DNA from: Kudoa neothunni
Lineage: Eukaryota; Animalia; Cnidaria
Assembly: GCA_964304625.1 (NCBI GenBank)
Contig: OZ199838.1
Location: 2,417,329-2,481,328 of the forward strand
DNA length: 64,000 nucleotides
Reading direction: 5' to 3'
Shown here: one piece after another, positions 15,330-26,910 of the stretch
Numbering within the stretch: position 1 is the stretch's first letter
Layout of the letters: every line of letters begins with the position of its first letter
The notes under the pieces: generated by a model
What the model was told of the DNA's origin: nothing
Database searches by the model: none
The model's input: only the letters and a program-made list of their open reading frames with translations
Position numbers and translations under genes: made by a program

Positions 15330-15841
15330 GTCTACACACTAATGGATGTATCTGGAGTTTACTGCGTAAATGTTCATTCATCCTAGGTTTTCATCATAGT
15401 TGATGATGAAAATCAACATTATTGATTTTTTAATGGGTGTAAAATGTACCTTGTGCTTTTAGTTTAACATTATACCAATAATGTTGCTGTTAATTAAATT
15501 CATGTAAATAACTCCAGATACAGCAATTCGCCGTATATTTGTTATAGAATTGTTAAGCTAGGTGTATTGTTTACAATATGTAAAATTGAGATAAATTGAT
15601 TAAGCTTAAAGCATATTTCGTCTGGGGTCAAGAAATACCCAAGTCAGGCACACGCGTTTTGTTTCAGAAGTTAGTGTTAGCACAGGGAAGGTTAAGAGAA
15701 GCAAAATTGAACAAAAAATATTAACTAAGGGAGAAACTAACAGCAATTTCAACACTGAATGCGCCAATGCAATGAAAAACGAACAATAGTAAAGAATAAA
15801 AATAAGATAAAATAGTGAAAGTGGATAATGTGATTGTATGA

Positions 15842-16685
15842 TTAGGAGTAGCATTTGGAGATATTGTCCACAACGTTGACCAATAACAACCTCAGATTAC
15901 CAACAAACTTGGCAAAAACTACGGTGACACCTTCGGCAGTAACATGCTCAACATCCTCGTTCCAACTGTCCATATCTGTGACAAGACCAATTGTGGCGTA
16001 AGGAATACCAAGTTCGAAAGCCAGGAAAGCTTCAGGAGCACTCGTCATACCGATAACATGACAACCAATGCTCTTGAAAAATCTACTTTCAAACCGAGTA
16101 GAAAAACGGGGACCCTCAATCACAGCGACAACTCCTGATGGATGACACTTGAAGTCGGTTCCTTTGAAACTATCTATGACAGCTTGATTTAGTTTTTTAT
16201 CGAATGGCTCGGCACAAGGGGAATGATAAACTCCAGGAAACTCCTCAGAAGAGCCATCATAAAACGTTGACACGCGAAATCTCGTATGATCATACAGTTG
16301 ATCGAGGACAACAAAATCGCCTTGTTGGTACGAAGCGTCGAGTGATCCACACGCGTTTGTGGTGAGTATATGAGTACAATTTGCTTTTTTAAGCGCATAA
16401 ATGTTTGCACGATAGTTGATATGACTTGGGCTGATAGAATGATCTCGTGAATGCCTTGACAAAAACACTACATCTACGCCGTTCAACTTTCCGCATAACA
16501 ATTTATCCGATGGCTACCATGGATAACGATCAACCAATCAAAATCGTACCATTACATCAACATACCTTTCCAAAGGGGGTATCGATGTCAATGACAGACT
16601 CCTTTTCGAAGACATCACCCTCCTCGAATCCTGTACCTCCAATAATACCAATCTTCACCTTGGATTTTACAGCGGTCAAACACAT
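15842..16685 (-). CDS. MTAP: S-methyl-5'-thioadenosine phosphorylase
   Basis: Exon 16685-16566 (KIGIIGGTG...DTPFGK), 52-nt GT-AG intron 16565-16514, exon 16513-15842 with LSRH, INYRANI, IEGPRFST, GMT and TDMD. Confidence 0.96.
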
Positions 16686-17849
16686 ATTACCTACCAATCA
16701 ACAACCACGTGTGGTTATTTTGTTTATAATACTCGTAAAATACCGTGATAATATGGAGTTTATTTTCTAAAAAGTTCAAGTGTTCGAAATAACTATTTCA
16801 CTTATTTATTCTTGAAATGTTATAAATATTAGGTGATGACTTGTTCATAAATTTTAGTTTTTTTAAGAAGCTTTATTTATTGTAGCTCAAGTGAAATGTT
16901 GATTTTCAGCTGAAGGTTGATCCTCTTTATATTATTTTGTAATGCGCTGTTTTATCTGTACAAAATAAGGAGTGGATTAATTGAAAATAATAAGAGTTGT
17001 AATGGCATGCAAACTATGTTGTAAAGGCGATTAACCAATCAACAATATCTAAAATCACATTTACCATAATGTCTTCTTGAATTAAACCAGAATATAATTT
17101 TTTCTCGTATTCATAGCTCCTTCACAATTTAATCTCAAATTACATGTGCGCTAACGCCTTATTATTTTCGGTAATAGGGTAGGATGTGGTACTTAAAAAA
17201 CACACTTCTGTGCATCGTTTTTTTCGCCAATTCTTTCTCCAATAGTCATAATAAAATAATTAAATGCCGATAATTAATATTCAGCTAATTATCGTAATAT
17301 CTAATTTCGATACAAATCCCAAATACAACACCTTGGGCACGCGTGAAATCTTCGTTAAATTTCCAATAACCAAAGAAAATCCACTTTTTTGTGTACACAT
17401 TAACTTCTACATTTATCATACGACTTAATAGCATTTTTAGTAATGGGTTGTTCCAAAATTATACGACTCATCCGTTTAATTAAACCTTACACATCTTATT
17501 ATAAATTATCTTCTCTATCATTTTCGGTGTATCGACTATGAACCTTCTTTAAAAAAGAATGACATAAATTATCACTTTTTTATTTTATATATTTTCTTGG
17601 TTGATTTATTTGAATTATAAAAAGAGTTATAACCATTTGGCTAATATTTACAAACGGACGGTAGATAATCCCTTAATCTACATTCGACCATCGGAATTAA
17701 AACGCGAAATATACGATTAAATTGATAATCTCAATGCTCGATGATTTATGTTGTTGGCGTCACTTAATAGATTAAGTCGGTTAAAGTTTAGAATGTCATC
17801 GACAGTCGGGAAAATTCGAAGACAGAAAACATCCGAACCACACAACTTA

Positions 17850-18809
17850 TTAATTGACAAATAATTGCAACATTTTTAACAAAAAATTATAAATCAAATT
17901 TATAAAATCAATAATCTGTTCTAACGCTACGATCTTATGGATTCCTCCGAAGCACCATTTAGCTATATACGATGATATCATCGATTTTTGTTTATTGGTG
18001 ATGCTTTGATATTTCCGTTTGAACGCGCTCCATATTACCTTCGATTCAGTTGGTATGGACACCTTCAGACGACACAAAATCTTGTTTATAGATTACGATT
18101 TCGTGAATATAACCTAGAGTACTTCACTTTGGGAGTTATGGCCACGCCGTCCATCGGAGTGGATGATGGATCCTCTTTCGGCATAGGTACTGATTATATT
18201 TTCAAGAGTCAAATCGTCCGGTTTTTCGGTTTCAAACATAAAAACCTTCCCATTCTCATCCACGCCTCAAATTATCTATATGCTTTGACTTTCTAGGATT
18301 CTCCCTAGTCCGAATTTTCTTTTGCAGATTCGACTCTTGTCAATCTGCACGCTTATTCCAGGGCCGCCAATTTTTATTGGATTACGAATAGAATAATTTA
18401 AGCAAATATCTTGCATAAAGTTTTTCTAATCAACGGCTGTTGTAGTAGATTTAATGCCACATTCTTCCATCAAAAACTCTTGATTACAAGCTCCTTTGTA
18501 CCAAAAATATATTATCTTCAATATTCTATATAATGGTAGCTTTGACTGGTACAAAAATGACCCGAATCGAATTGATTTTTCTTTTTGGCATATCTTAACG
18601 TAGCATATAAAGCTACATCCATCGACACTTTTTTCGGGAGAAGATATATATTTTACAAAAAAATCAACTAAATCGGTTTGATTGTTTTTGAAATAACAAA
18701 TATCCTCATAAGTGAGATTGTTACAATTCTCGACGGTATAAATGCCAGGTAACATTATTCGAGAATTGCCGAATGTGTCTACCCTCATTTCCCTGACGGC
18801 CAGGGACAT
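17850..18809 (-). pseudogene. Merlin/ISXO2 (IS1595-like) transposase pseudogene
   Basis: SIRFGSFLYQSKL, then IGGPGISVQIDKS...RKFGLGR, GSIIHSDG and W..FKRKY, interrupted by stops and frameshifts. Confidence 0.82.
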
Positions 18810-19061
18810 TCTAAACTTTAACAGATTAAGTTATACATATTCCAGTAGAATACATTTAATTATAAGTGTTTATGTAAACTAAAAAATTCCAGAGGATCAC
18901 ATTTGATTTGGATCTCCCGTAAAAATTTCCAGTTTTAATGTTTAATGATTAATACTATAATGTTTGTACCGCCCTTTATAATATTACTGTATTAGATAGA
19001 TTAATCCGACAGAGTATACTATTTATGGGTTAGCGACCGCTCATCGTTACTCCTGTCGCGA

Positions 19062-19964
19062 ATGATTTTACCAAGAAGATCTTTCGATAATATTTTTAGC
19101 AATGAGGAAAACTCCATCCGTTTTCTCATCATTATTGATATATTCGAAGCATCAAATAACTGTATTAAGTGTATTGGTAACAACCATTCTATACATCGAA
19201 AAAATTGGCGATGCTGTTCGAAAATTTGTAGAAAGGAAACTTCCATTTTTGATTCGACATTTTTTAGTAATATGAAAATTAAACTCCGTGATTTTTTGGG
19301 GTTATCGTATTACTGCTTGGTTGGTGTAAAAAGCGTTTACCTGGGCAAAATTACCGGACATTCCTCTCGAACAACAATAACTAACTATTGTCACTATCTT
19401 CGCTAGTTGGTAGCAGATAGTTTAGACTTTGAGGATATAGTTGTTGGGGGAGAAAACGTAGTTGTAGAGATCGATGAGTCTAAATTTGGCGAGGTGAAGC
19501 ATGACAAGGGGCATGGCGTTAATGGAGCCTGGGTTCTTGGAGGTGTAGAGAGGACATCAGAACGAAGGATGTTTCTGGTAAAGGTTGCCGAGACTCTTAT
19601 CCAAAAAATTAAAACTTACGTCCATCCTGGCTACATTATCGTAACTGATTGCTTCAAAAGTTATGGAACGTTCCACGATTTCTACAGTCACCTCACTGTG
19701 AATCACAATGTGGAATATATGGATAGTAACACAAGAGCCCGTACAAACACCATTGAAGGTAATTGGGGTGCTACCAAATATAAAATATCGCCAAGGAGCA
19801 GGATGTCTTCGATTAATGAAGACGGTTCTGTCAATATGGATGGCATCAATGAGTTTCTCAGTGAGTTTCAATGGAGGAGGAAAAATAATCACGATTTATG
19901 GGCGGGCTTTGTTGCATCGTTAAATAATTTTAGTTTTGTATCAGTTAAATTTGTATTTTGGTGA
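19062..19964 (+). pseudogene. Merlin/ISXO2 transposase with one in-frame TAG
   Basis: N-terminal Cys motif (CIKC...WRCCSKIC), GGENVVVEIDESKFG, WVLGGVER, IVTDCF, HLTVNH, TNTIEGNW and EFQWRR. TAG at 19404-19406. Confidence 0.9.
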
Positions 19965-20504
19965 TTTTTTCATAGTTTTATTTTTTTGTCGCGCCAATCC
20001 ATTGTTAAATGTTAAATGGGAATTAGGGGGTTTATATCAAAGTTCAGCCATTACAGAATTAAATTTAACCTTCGGAATACGGAGCTCAAAAAACTAACTT
20101 GGATGACGAATTTTTTTGTTTACAAGGTCAAACCCCTAGCGCAACTTGTTAAGTAGTGAAGCTCCGACTGGTTAGGCCTTCTCCATTTACGCTTTAGGCA
20201 CTGCAGCGTCATATTAAGGCAACTTACGTTTATGCGGTAGTGTGGGATTTTAACCCATTAAACATCCTCGTTTGCGAGCATTCACCACCCCAACCATACC
20301 ATGGACTAACCCAGAATTAGTCTGGGAAAGTCGTCTGAATGCGGGCGTCGGTTCTACGGAAACCCCCTACTGGGTTGTATTTCGTCCTTTACCCCGGCGT
20401 TTATGAGCGCCCGAATCTACTCTTCCGCCATGCTCACCTCCTAGCTGCAAGCAAGGCCATGATAAGTCGTAGATCCTTGTGATTACTACAGCCTTCCTAC
20501 TTAA

Positions 20505-20697
20505 CCCTCTAAAATATATGGGATATATTTATACCCCAATTCTCGTTGGAAGGTATAATAAAGATAATTTTTTCCCTAATTATAAAAAATATTTTTGGAA
20601 TAAAGGGGCCGTTAAATACATCTTGATATTCTATGAGGTAAAAAATTAAAGTCTAGAATCGTTTGGGGTATAAATATACCCCATATTTTTTAGAGGG
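20505..20697. mobile_element. piggyBac-type MITE (193 bp)
   Basis: About 35-bp TIRs ccctctaaaa(t/a)atatgg...tatttataccccaa, flanked by TTAA at 20501-20504 and 20698-20701. Confidence 0.92.
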
Positions 20698-21358
20698 TTA
20701 ATCGAAAACTGCGATCCCTAAGTAAAGTCTTTGTTTATTTTGTCAGTCGTCTTAACAGAGATTATTGAAAAATATCAACTTATATAAAATTTTCACATGT
20801 AATAATTATTTGTAAAAGCTTTTGTAACTAATTTGTTTAAACAACTCGATCTTAAAAATAAATAAATATGGCACTATTAAAAATTCGGTTCTAGAAATTG
20901 TCTGAAAATATTCTGTATTGTAATATTTTTGTGGATATACAATAGAATTTTTCGTATATTTAATAAAAATAAAATTAGGTGTAGTGATTTAATTGGAATA
21001 CGAACTACAACTTTATTAAGATGATGATGAATAATTTCTGTATTAAATTAAGAATCATAAACTTACTTTATCAGGGTTAGCGCATGGTGTTTTTTAGTTA
21101 ATTTCGTTTAACAATTTTATTTTGAGTTTTTATCGTAAAGATTCTACATTTAAACCTCATTTAGATCCGATCAACTAAAAATTGTGTGGATTAATTCATT
21201 TCATTAATTTCTCGTTCCTCTGGAATTATTTTTGGAATTTATAAAATCCTAAGCTTATTACAATAAAGCCAAATTTATTATTGCACCATCAAAATGATAC
21301 AGACATCCCAAAAAACATGTTTATAATTAACAAATTAAAAATTGGAATTGTACTAGGA

Positions 21359-21933
21359 CTAGGTTTTTATGTCGCACAACTTAACTGGTACAAAGTAAGC
21401 CCTTTTGGGTAGAGTTTTGAAATATCGTACTCCCATAAATTCACCGTCAGTTGCTAATTCGTCGTCGTTATACAACTCTATACCCACAATAAGAGGAGGT
21501 TCTATTTTTGGATCTTTAGACAGACCTTTTATAGGCCCCATCCATTTCATTCTTCCTTGGATACCAGCAGGTTTGCCGGAAACTTTACACACCAGTTGCA
21601 CTCCTATTATCATTTTTTCTTTCGAGATATTACCACTATTGATCTTATGTTGTAAATAAGTAAAAGTATGTTAGAGATTGGATACAATACAAAGTACATT
21701 GTCATTTGTCTTGGTGGATGTGTCTTCACTTTGATTATTTATGTGATATTTTTCTAGGAAAGATATATTTTATAATAACAGTTAATTAACAATGAATTAC
21801 CATTCTGATTAGAATTATTTGAAATTTCAGCTCTTCCTCCTGAAACTGCAGGATTCACGTTTGAATCCCCAGTAATTTCCTTATTATTATCTGCTGGACT
21901 TTTAGTTAGATTAATATCGTGCAGATTTTCCAT
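21359..21933 (-). CDS. Small CAP-Gly domain protein (CYLD-type CAP-Gly), about 157 aa
   Basis: Exons 21933-21801, 21753-21698 and 21643-21359 join in frame (introns 47 and 54 nt). C-terminal motif KWMG...VGIEL...TDGEFMGVRYF...AYFVPV. An alternative ATG lies at 21972. Confidence 0.82.
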
Positions 21934-21981
21934 CCTGCTGGGACTTAAAATAAAATAAAATTTCGCTCCCATTTAAAAAAT

Positions 21982-23975
21982 CTACTTTCTATTAACAAAA
22001 TTATCATCACTGTTTTGGTTCAATCCTATCGACTCATCAAAATCCCTACCGTCAGACTCGTACATCATAATATTTGAAATTTTTTTCATCTTTTATAAAT
22101 AATGGTCGTATTAGTTTAATAGTTGCATATGTATAATTACAAGCCCAACATGTCCTAGTTTTATCAAAGCCATATCAGCCTGTTTTTTGGAAAGAGTTAT
22201 ATTGAGGAATCTTGGTTCGTCAAAGTCGACAGTTATCACCTTTTCGTATGTGATATAACCTTTATGATGAGCAGATAGCTGATAGGTTCCTGGTAGAAGA
22301 ATTCGCCAAAAATCCCCATCCTTTGAAGTTGATATGTCATGTTTTCTATCGTTGACACTTATTTTTACACCTTCCAACGGTTCTCCTTCGTTACTTGTTA
22401 CAAAGCCTTTTACGCCTTTTAGACTCTAATTCCATAAGTAGAATTTGATTTTTTTTTGATAAGATGATAACCTGTTTCATAAATTCTTTCATGGATTTAA
22501 GATTCTCATCGAACATAGCGCTGATTTGATTTGCTGTGATATTTTTACTGCAGCTAAGATGGACAGTTATCTCGAAGCAATTGCTAAAGATGTAGTTGTA
22601 GTCCTGCATAGTGTTGGTGAGACTACTCCATTCGGCCCCATTTGTTACTCCACCAACGAATCTAAATGTTTATCTCAACCATATCAATCAAAGACCTTAT
22701 AGGTTACCTTTTGGACTGTGAATATGTACATTCTTGATTAGCTCCTTGATGTATAGTGGGATGGTTTTCAGCATATACAATCGAGATTCGTCTGAAAACA
22801 TCGTCATCTGGAGTGGCACTGTATTTGGTTTGACCAGACGGTGAATCATCATAAGGGTATGATACAGCTAAAATAGGTAAATTGTCCATCAAATATCAAA
22901 TAAACTGAGTTTTTTGTTTAATTAGTTTTTTATTCTAGTTTCTATTTACAAACTAAGCAAATTACCTATTGCTCCGTCGTGGTACGAAGCAGACAGCACA
23001 AAAGGAATTTGTTTGAGCCATTCTATGACAGCGGTAGTCTCGGGTTCATAATCATGATAGGAAGGGAAAAATTGATCGGGGAAGTTCCTATTAATATCAA
23101 CTCCATTGGAATTCAGTCGTCCGATCAATTTATCGCCGAAACCTTTCTTATTTGACATTTCATAACCTTGAATATAATATTAAAATAATTAATCCGTATT
23201 TACCAAAAGTTAATTATTTGACGAAATTTAACATTAAAAATTTGTTTACCGTCAGGATTTAAACTAGGCAGTATGTGCAAACGTAACCGATTAAGAAGGT
23301 GACTGAACTCGGAGTCTGTCTTTATATGTTCACAGATGTATCTTATTGTGTACAAAAGGATTTCTCTTCCCGCGATCTCGTTTCCGTGTACATTGGCCAC
23401 AAATTTAACTTCAGGTACCCCAGGGGTGTGTTTGTGGGGATTTTTTCCCAAAGCCATAACCCACAATTCACGATTTTGAACTGAAGATCCGATTGAATAT
23501 AAATGAGCCATATTACCACAGGATTTGTTGTAGAAATTTAGAAACCACGTCATTTCAACATAATTATGGTATTTCCATTGTTTAAATTCTTCAACCATAT
23601 CTTTAATCGCGTTAGCTTGTTGATTTGAGCTGTTTTCGCTATTTTTATCATCGAAATTTTCGATATTATCATAAACAGTTGAAACTGTGTTGAGGTTTGT
23701 AATATTTGCGTTTGGTTTTATCAAATGGGAAGGAGCTTTCTGTTGGTGTTTTCCAGCTACAACAAGTTAGGCGAATTATTCCAAGAATTTCAATATAATA
23801 TATTTTAAATCCTTCTCAATTAAATCAATACTATCTTACTATGAACTCTTTTTGTTTTTCTTGAGTAATTTATCGGAAGTTTCCTAGGTTTTCTACTACC
23901 GTCCAAGCAGTATATACACATAAAAAGCAAAAAATATCCAACAACAATTTTTTTGTTTAAAGCAATATGTTTCAT
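21982..23975 (-). CDS. M14B (CPE/CPD-type) metallocarboxypeptidase-like protein, single domain plus transthyretin-like domain
   Basis: Hydrophobic N-terminal segment, then YHNY, SIGSSVQNREL, NVHGNE, LNPDG, DINRNFPD, SYPYD, VTNGAEW, MQDYNY and DGDFWRILLPG. Introns at 23839-23757, 23249-23167, 22965-22868, 22707-22662, 22471-22426 and probably about 22140-22091. If the last is not spliced, the stop is at 22111. Confidence 0.92.
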
Positions 23976-24544
23976 ATTGTATATAAGTGTATGGTGCTAT
24001 AGAATTTTTGGAAGTCATGGGAGTGCGTCTATTGTTATTCGGGGTGAAAATATGTTAATCGACGTGTCAACTTAGGGAAAAACATAACATCTGTTCATCT
24101 TTGCATAAGAATATTAACCGGAGATTATCATTATATAATTTTTAGTCCGAAAAAATTAGTAAAAAACATCAGATTGCAATGATTTTGTAAAACAACATTC
24201 ATACCTACTTGTTTAATCTATTTTATCATGGCAACCCAAACTGATTCACCTAAAAAATACAATTCACATATTCAATTTATTTTATTGAAGGAATCAAATC
24301 AACTTTTGATTATAATAAAATACCGAATTGTCATTATTTATGATCATTTTGGTATATAATTATTTTTAATTTTTAAACTATCTACACTTCAGAAATATAT
24401 TAAACTGAGCTTCTTATAAATTATAAAAAAATCATTTTTTAATCAACATATTCTTGGTGCAACGAAGACGTTTCCCTATATGATTTACTTGGAATTTCCA
24501 ATTTTACGAAATCAACTATCTTGCATTATTATAAATTATTAGTG

Positions 24545-25299
24545 CAGTGTTTCCCAATATAGGGACCACACCCCACCGTACCAGTGGAGCGTGAAAAAAG
24601 TTTTATGGGACATGGAAATTTTTGAGCGTTTAATGAACGGCTCCAGTACGCTGTGGAAAATCCTTTGGATTGATCTGACATGGATAATGGTGAGATAATT
24701 GGGTAATGTGATACACTTTGAAATAAATACGTCCAATTTTGATATCGATTATTTTTAAGTGACTATTAATAGCACTAGACAATACCAAAAGCAATGAATA
24801 ATTATATAAAAATAAATAACAACATGTAACGTCGTCTTCACCCCAAAAATCGGAGTGGTTTTAACCTCAATCTTGTCTCATTCATAATAATTGTGATCTT
24901 CCTTATTTTTGATTCACCCATATATAATATTGATTAATTTTCTATCGAGATTATTTATTTTTGGTTCATTAGCCTTGTATACACGAAAGTCTTTCCTAAT
25001 GAGGGTTGGATTACCACGAGATTCATTCTATGCTGTTTTTGAAGGAATGAAGAACTAAATATGTTAATTTTTAAGGCCCATCGATAAATTAAGTTAGGTC
25101 TGATCGACCACATTTCAATTTTTATGAAAAAATGAATATCTATTAATTGTTTTCAAATTTTAATGTGATAGGGAGTTTCATTAAAAATCATCAACAGTTT
25201 AAGTAATAAAAATCGATACTTTTGAAAGAGGTGGGTGGGCTGTGGAACTTTTTTTCAAGAAAAAGTGCAGCGCAATAGAAAAAAGGTCGTGAAACACTG
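24545..25299. mobile_element. hAT-like non-autonomous element between the divergent carboxypeptidase and RFC2 genes
   Basis: Perfect 9-bp TIR cagtgtttc / gaaacactg. No recognisable TSD. Confidence 0.55.
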
Positions 25300-25527
25300 A
25301 AATAAATTTTAGCTGATACAAACGGTTTTTCATTTATATAAATTGCAAATAGAATTTTGTTAAGAAAAGATTGATTTTCCAGGATAAATAGGGTCCAAAC
25401 GACATAACATTAATAACGTTAAATTAAAAAGCGAAAACATCTCAGAGACTAATGAAGAATAAAAAAATATTACCATATTTTCAAGTAAGGCGGTTCACAT
25501 TCGCGTATAAACGGCGCCAATCGGAAA

Positions 25528-26910
25528 ATGAGTTTGAACATCGAGATTCCTTGGTTAGTTCTTATTAAACACTTTAAAAACTACTAAAAATATATCATTA
25601 GGTTAGAAAAATATCGACCAAAGCATCTTGATGATGTGATTGGTAATGAGGAAATAATTAATAGACTGAAGGTTGAATTCGTTTTTATAACAATTCTAAA
25701 ATAAATATATTGGTTTAGGTGTTTTCAAAATGTGGAAATTTTCCAAATCTTATACTTTCAGTAATATATTTTAAAGGGCTGGAATTAACACCGACTTGAT
25801 ATGGGTAATTAGGGCGCTCCCGGAATAGGCAAAACCACTAGTATCTTATGCTTGGCCAAAACTCTATTGGGCCCACACTACAAAGATGCTGTGTTGGAGT
25901 TGAATGCTTCGGATGAACGTGGTATTGATGTTGTTCGTAATTTGATCAAATCTTTTGCCCATCAGAAGATGACATTACCCGCTCACTGTCACAAAATTAT
26001 AATTCTTGATGAGGCTGATAGGTATAATTTTGTGTGAAGTGTGTATGTTGATCGACCAATTAAAAAGTCTCACGGAAGGAGCTCAACAAGCGCTTCGAAG
26101 AACGATGGAAGTTTTTTCAGACACAACACGTTTTGCACTTGCCTGCAACACCTCAGAAAAGATTATTGGTAAGTGTTTCGATTGAGATTTTCTACTATTG
26201 CATCCCAACTATATATCGTTCAGAGCCGATTCAATCACGATGTGCTATATTGAGATTTAAAAGGCTATCCGATCACCACATTCTACAACGCCTCCTGGAA
26301 ATTACTGACAAAGAGGGTGTAATTTATGGCAAAATTTCGAATGCCTTTTCAATCAACTATTGATTTAGATTGAGAAAACTGACGATGGCCTTGAGGCATT
26401 GGTCTACAGTGCTCAAGGGGACATGAGACAAGCAATCAACAACCTCCAAGCTACATATAGTGCCTACAAGTTGGTAAATGGAGAAAATGTTTTCAAGGTT
26501 GGTTTTTGATTACCGCGGTCAAATTGTATTACGTTTTATGTTTCACTCATTAGATATGCGATGAACCTCCTCCGGCTAAAATTGAGCGAATGATTCAGTG
26601 CTGTATTCAAGGGGACATCATTGAAGCGAATTCTCTTATTCAAGGTTTTGCCGGTTCAGGCTATTCCACGTCGGATATTGTTTCAAATGTGATGCGGTAC
26701 GCAAAAACCTCAACACTATTGGCAGAACATACTAGGTTGAATTTTCTTAAGGTATTTAACCTCGTTTTTAGCCTATCCTTTGTTATAATTTGTGTTAATA
26801 TGGGATTTTAGACGATCGCTATCTTCCAAATGAGTATTGTTGAAGGGCATACCTCGGCGCTACAACTCAGTGGGTTGGTAGCTTCTTTGTGTGCTATATA
26901 TAGCTCATAG
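25528..26910 (+). CDS. RFC2: Replication factor C subunit 2 (vertebrate RFC2, yeast Rfc4 type)
   Basis: [54 protein letters not shown] and [12 protein letters not shown]. Nine exons with eight introns of 46-60 nt. Confidence 0.96.

Noticed and set aside
15944-16770. Antisense and alternative-frame ORFs over MTAP (likewise over AGFG1, the kinase, NPRL3 and RBM28)
   Set aside because: Shadow ORFs of real coding sequence with no recognisable motifs.
19404-19406. Stop-codon readthrough or a variant genetic code suggested by the in-frame TAG in the Merlin ORF
   Set aside because: Host genes end in TAA, TAG and TGA normally, and the element has another lesion. A simple nonsense mutation is sufficient.
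20400-20475. HDV-like ribozyme (cacctcct loop) or hammerhead (ggacgaaa on the minus strand)
   Set aside because: No convincing P1/P2 pairing and no CUGANGA core in the right position.
25500-25527. E2F-like site (ggcgccaa) upstream of RFC2, and ttggcgggaaa at about 51785
   Set aside because: Biologically plausible, but short motifs cannot be distinguished from chance without conservation data.
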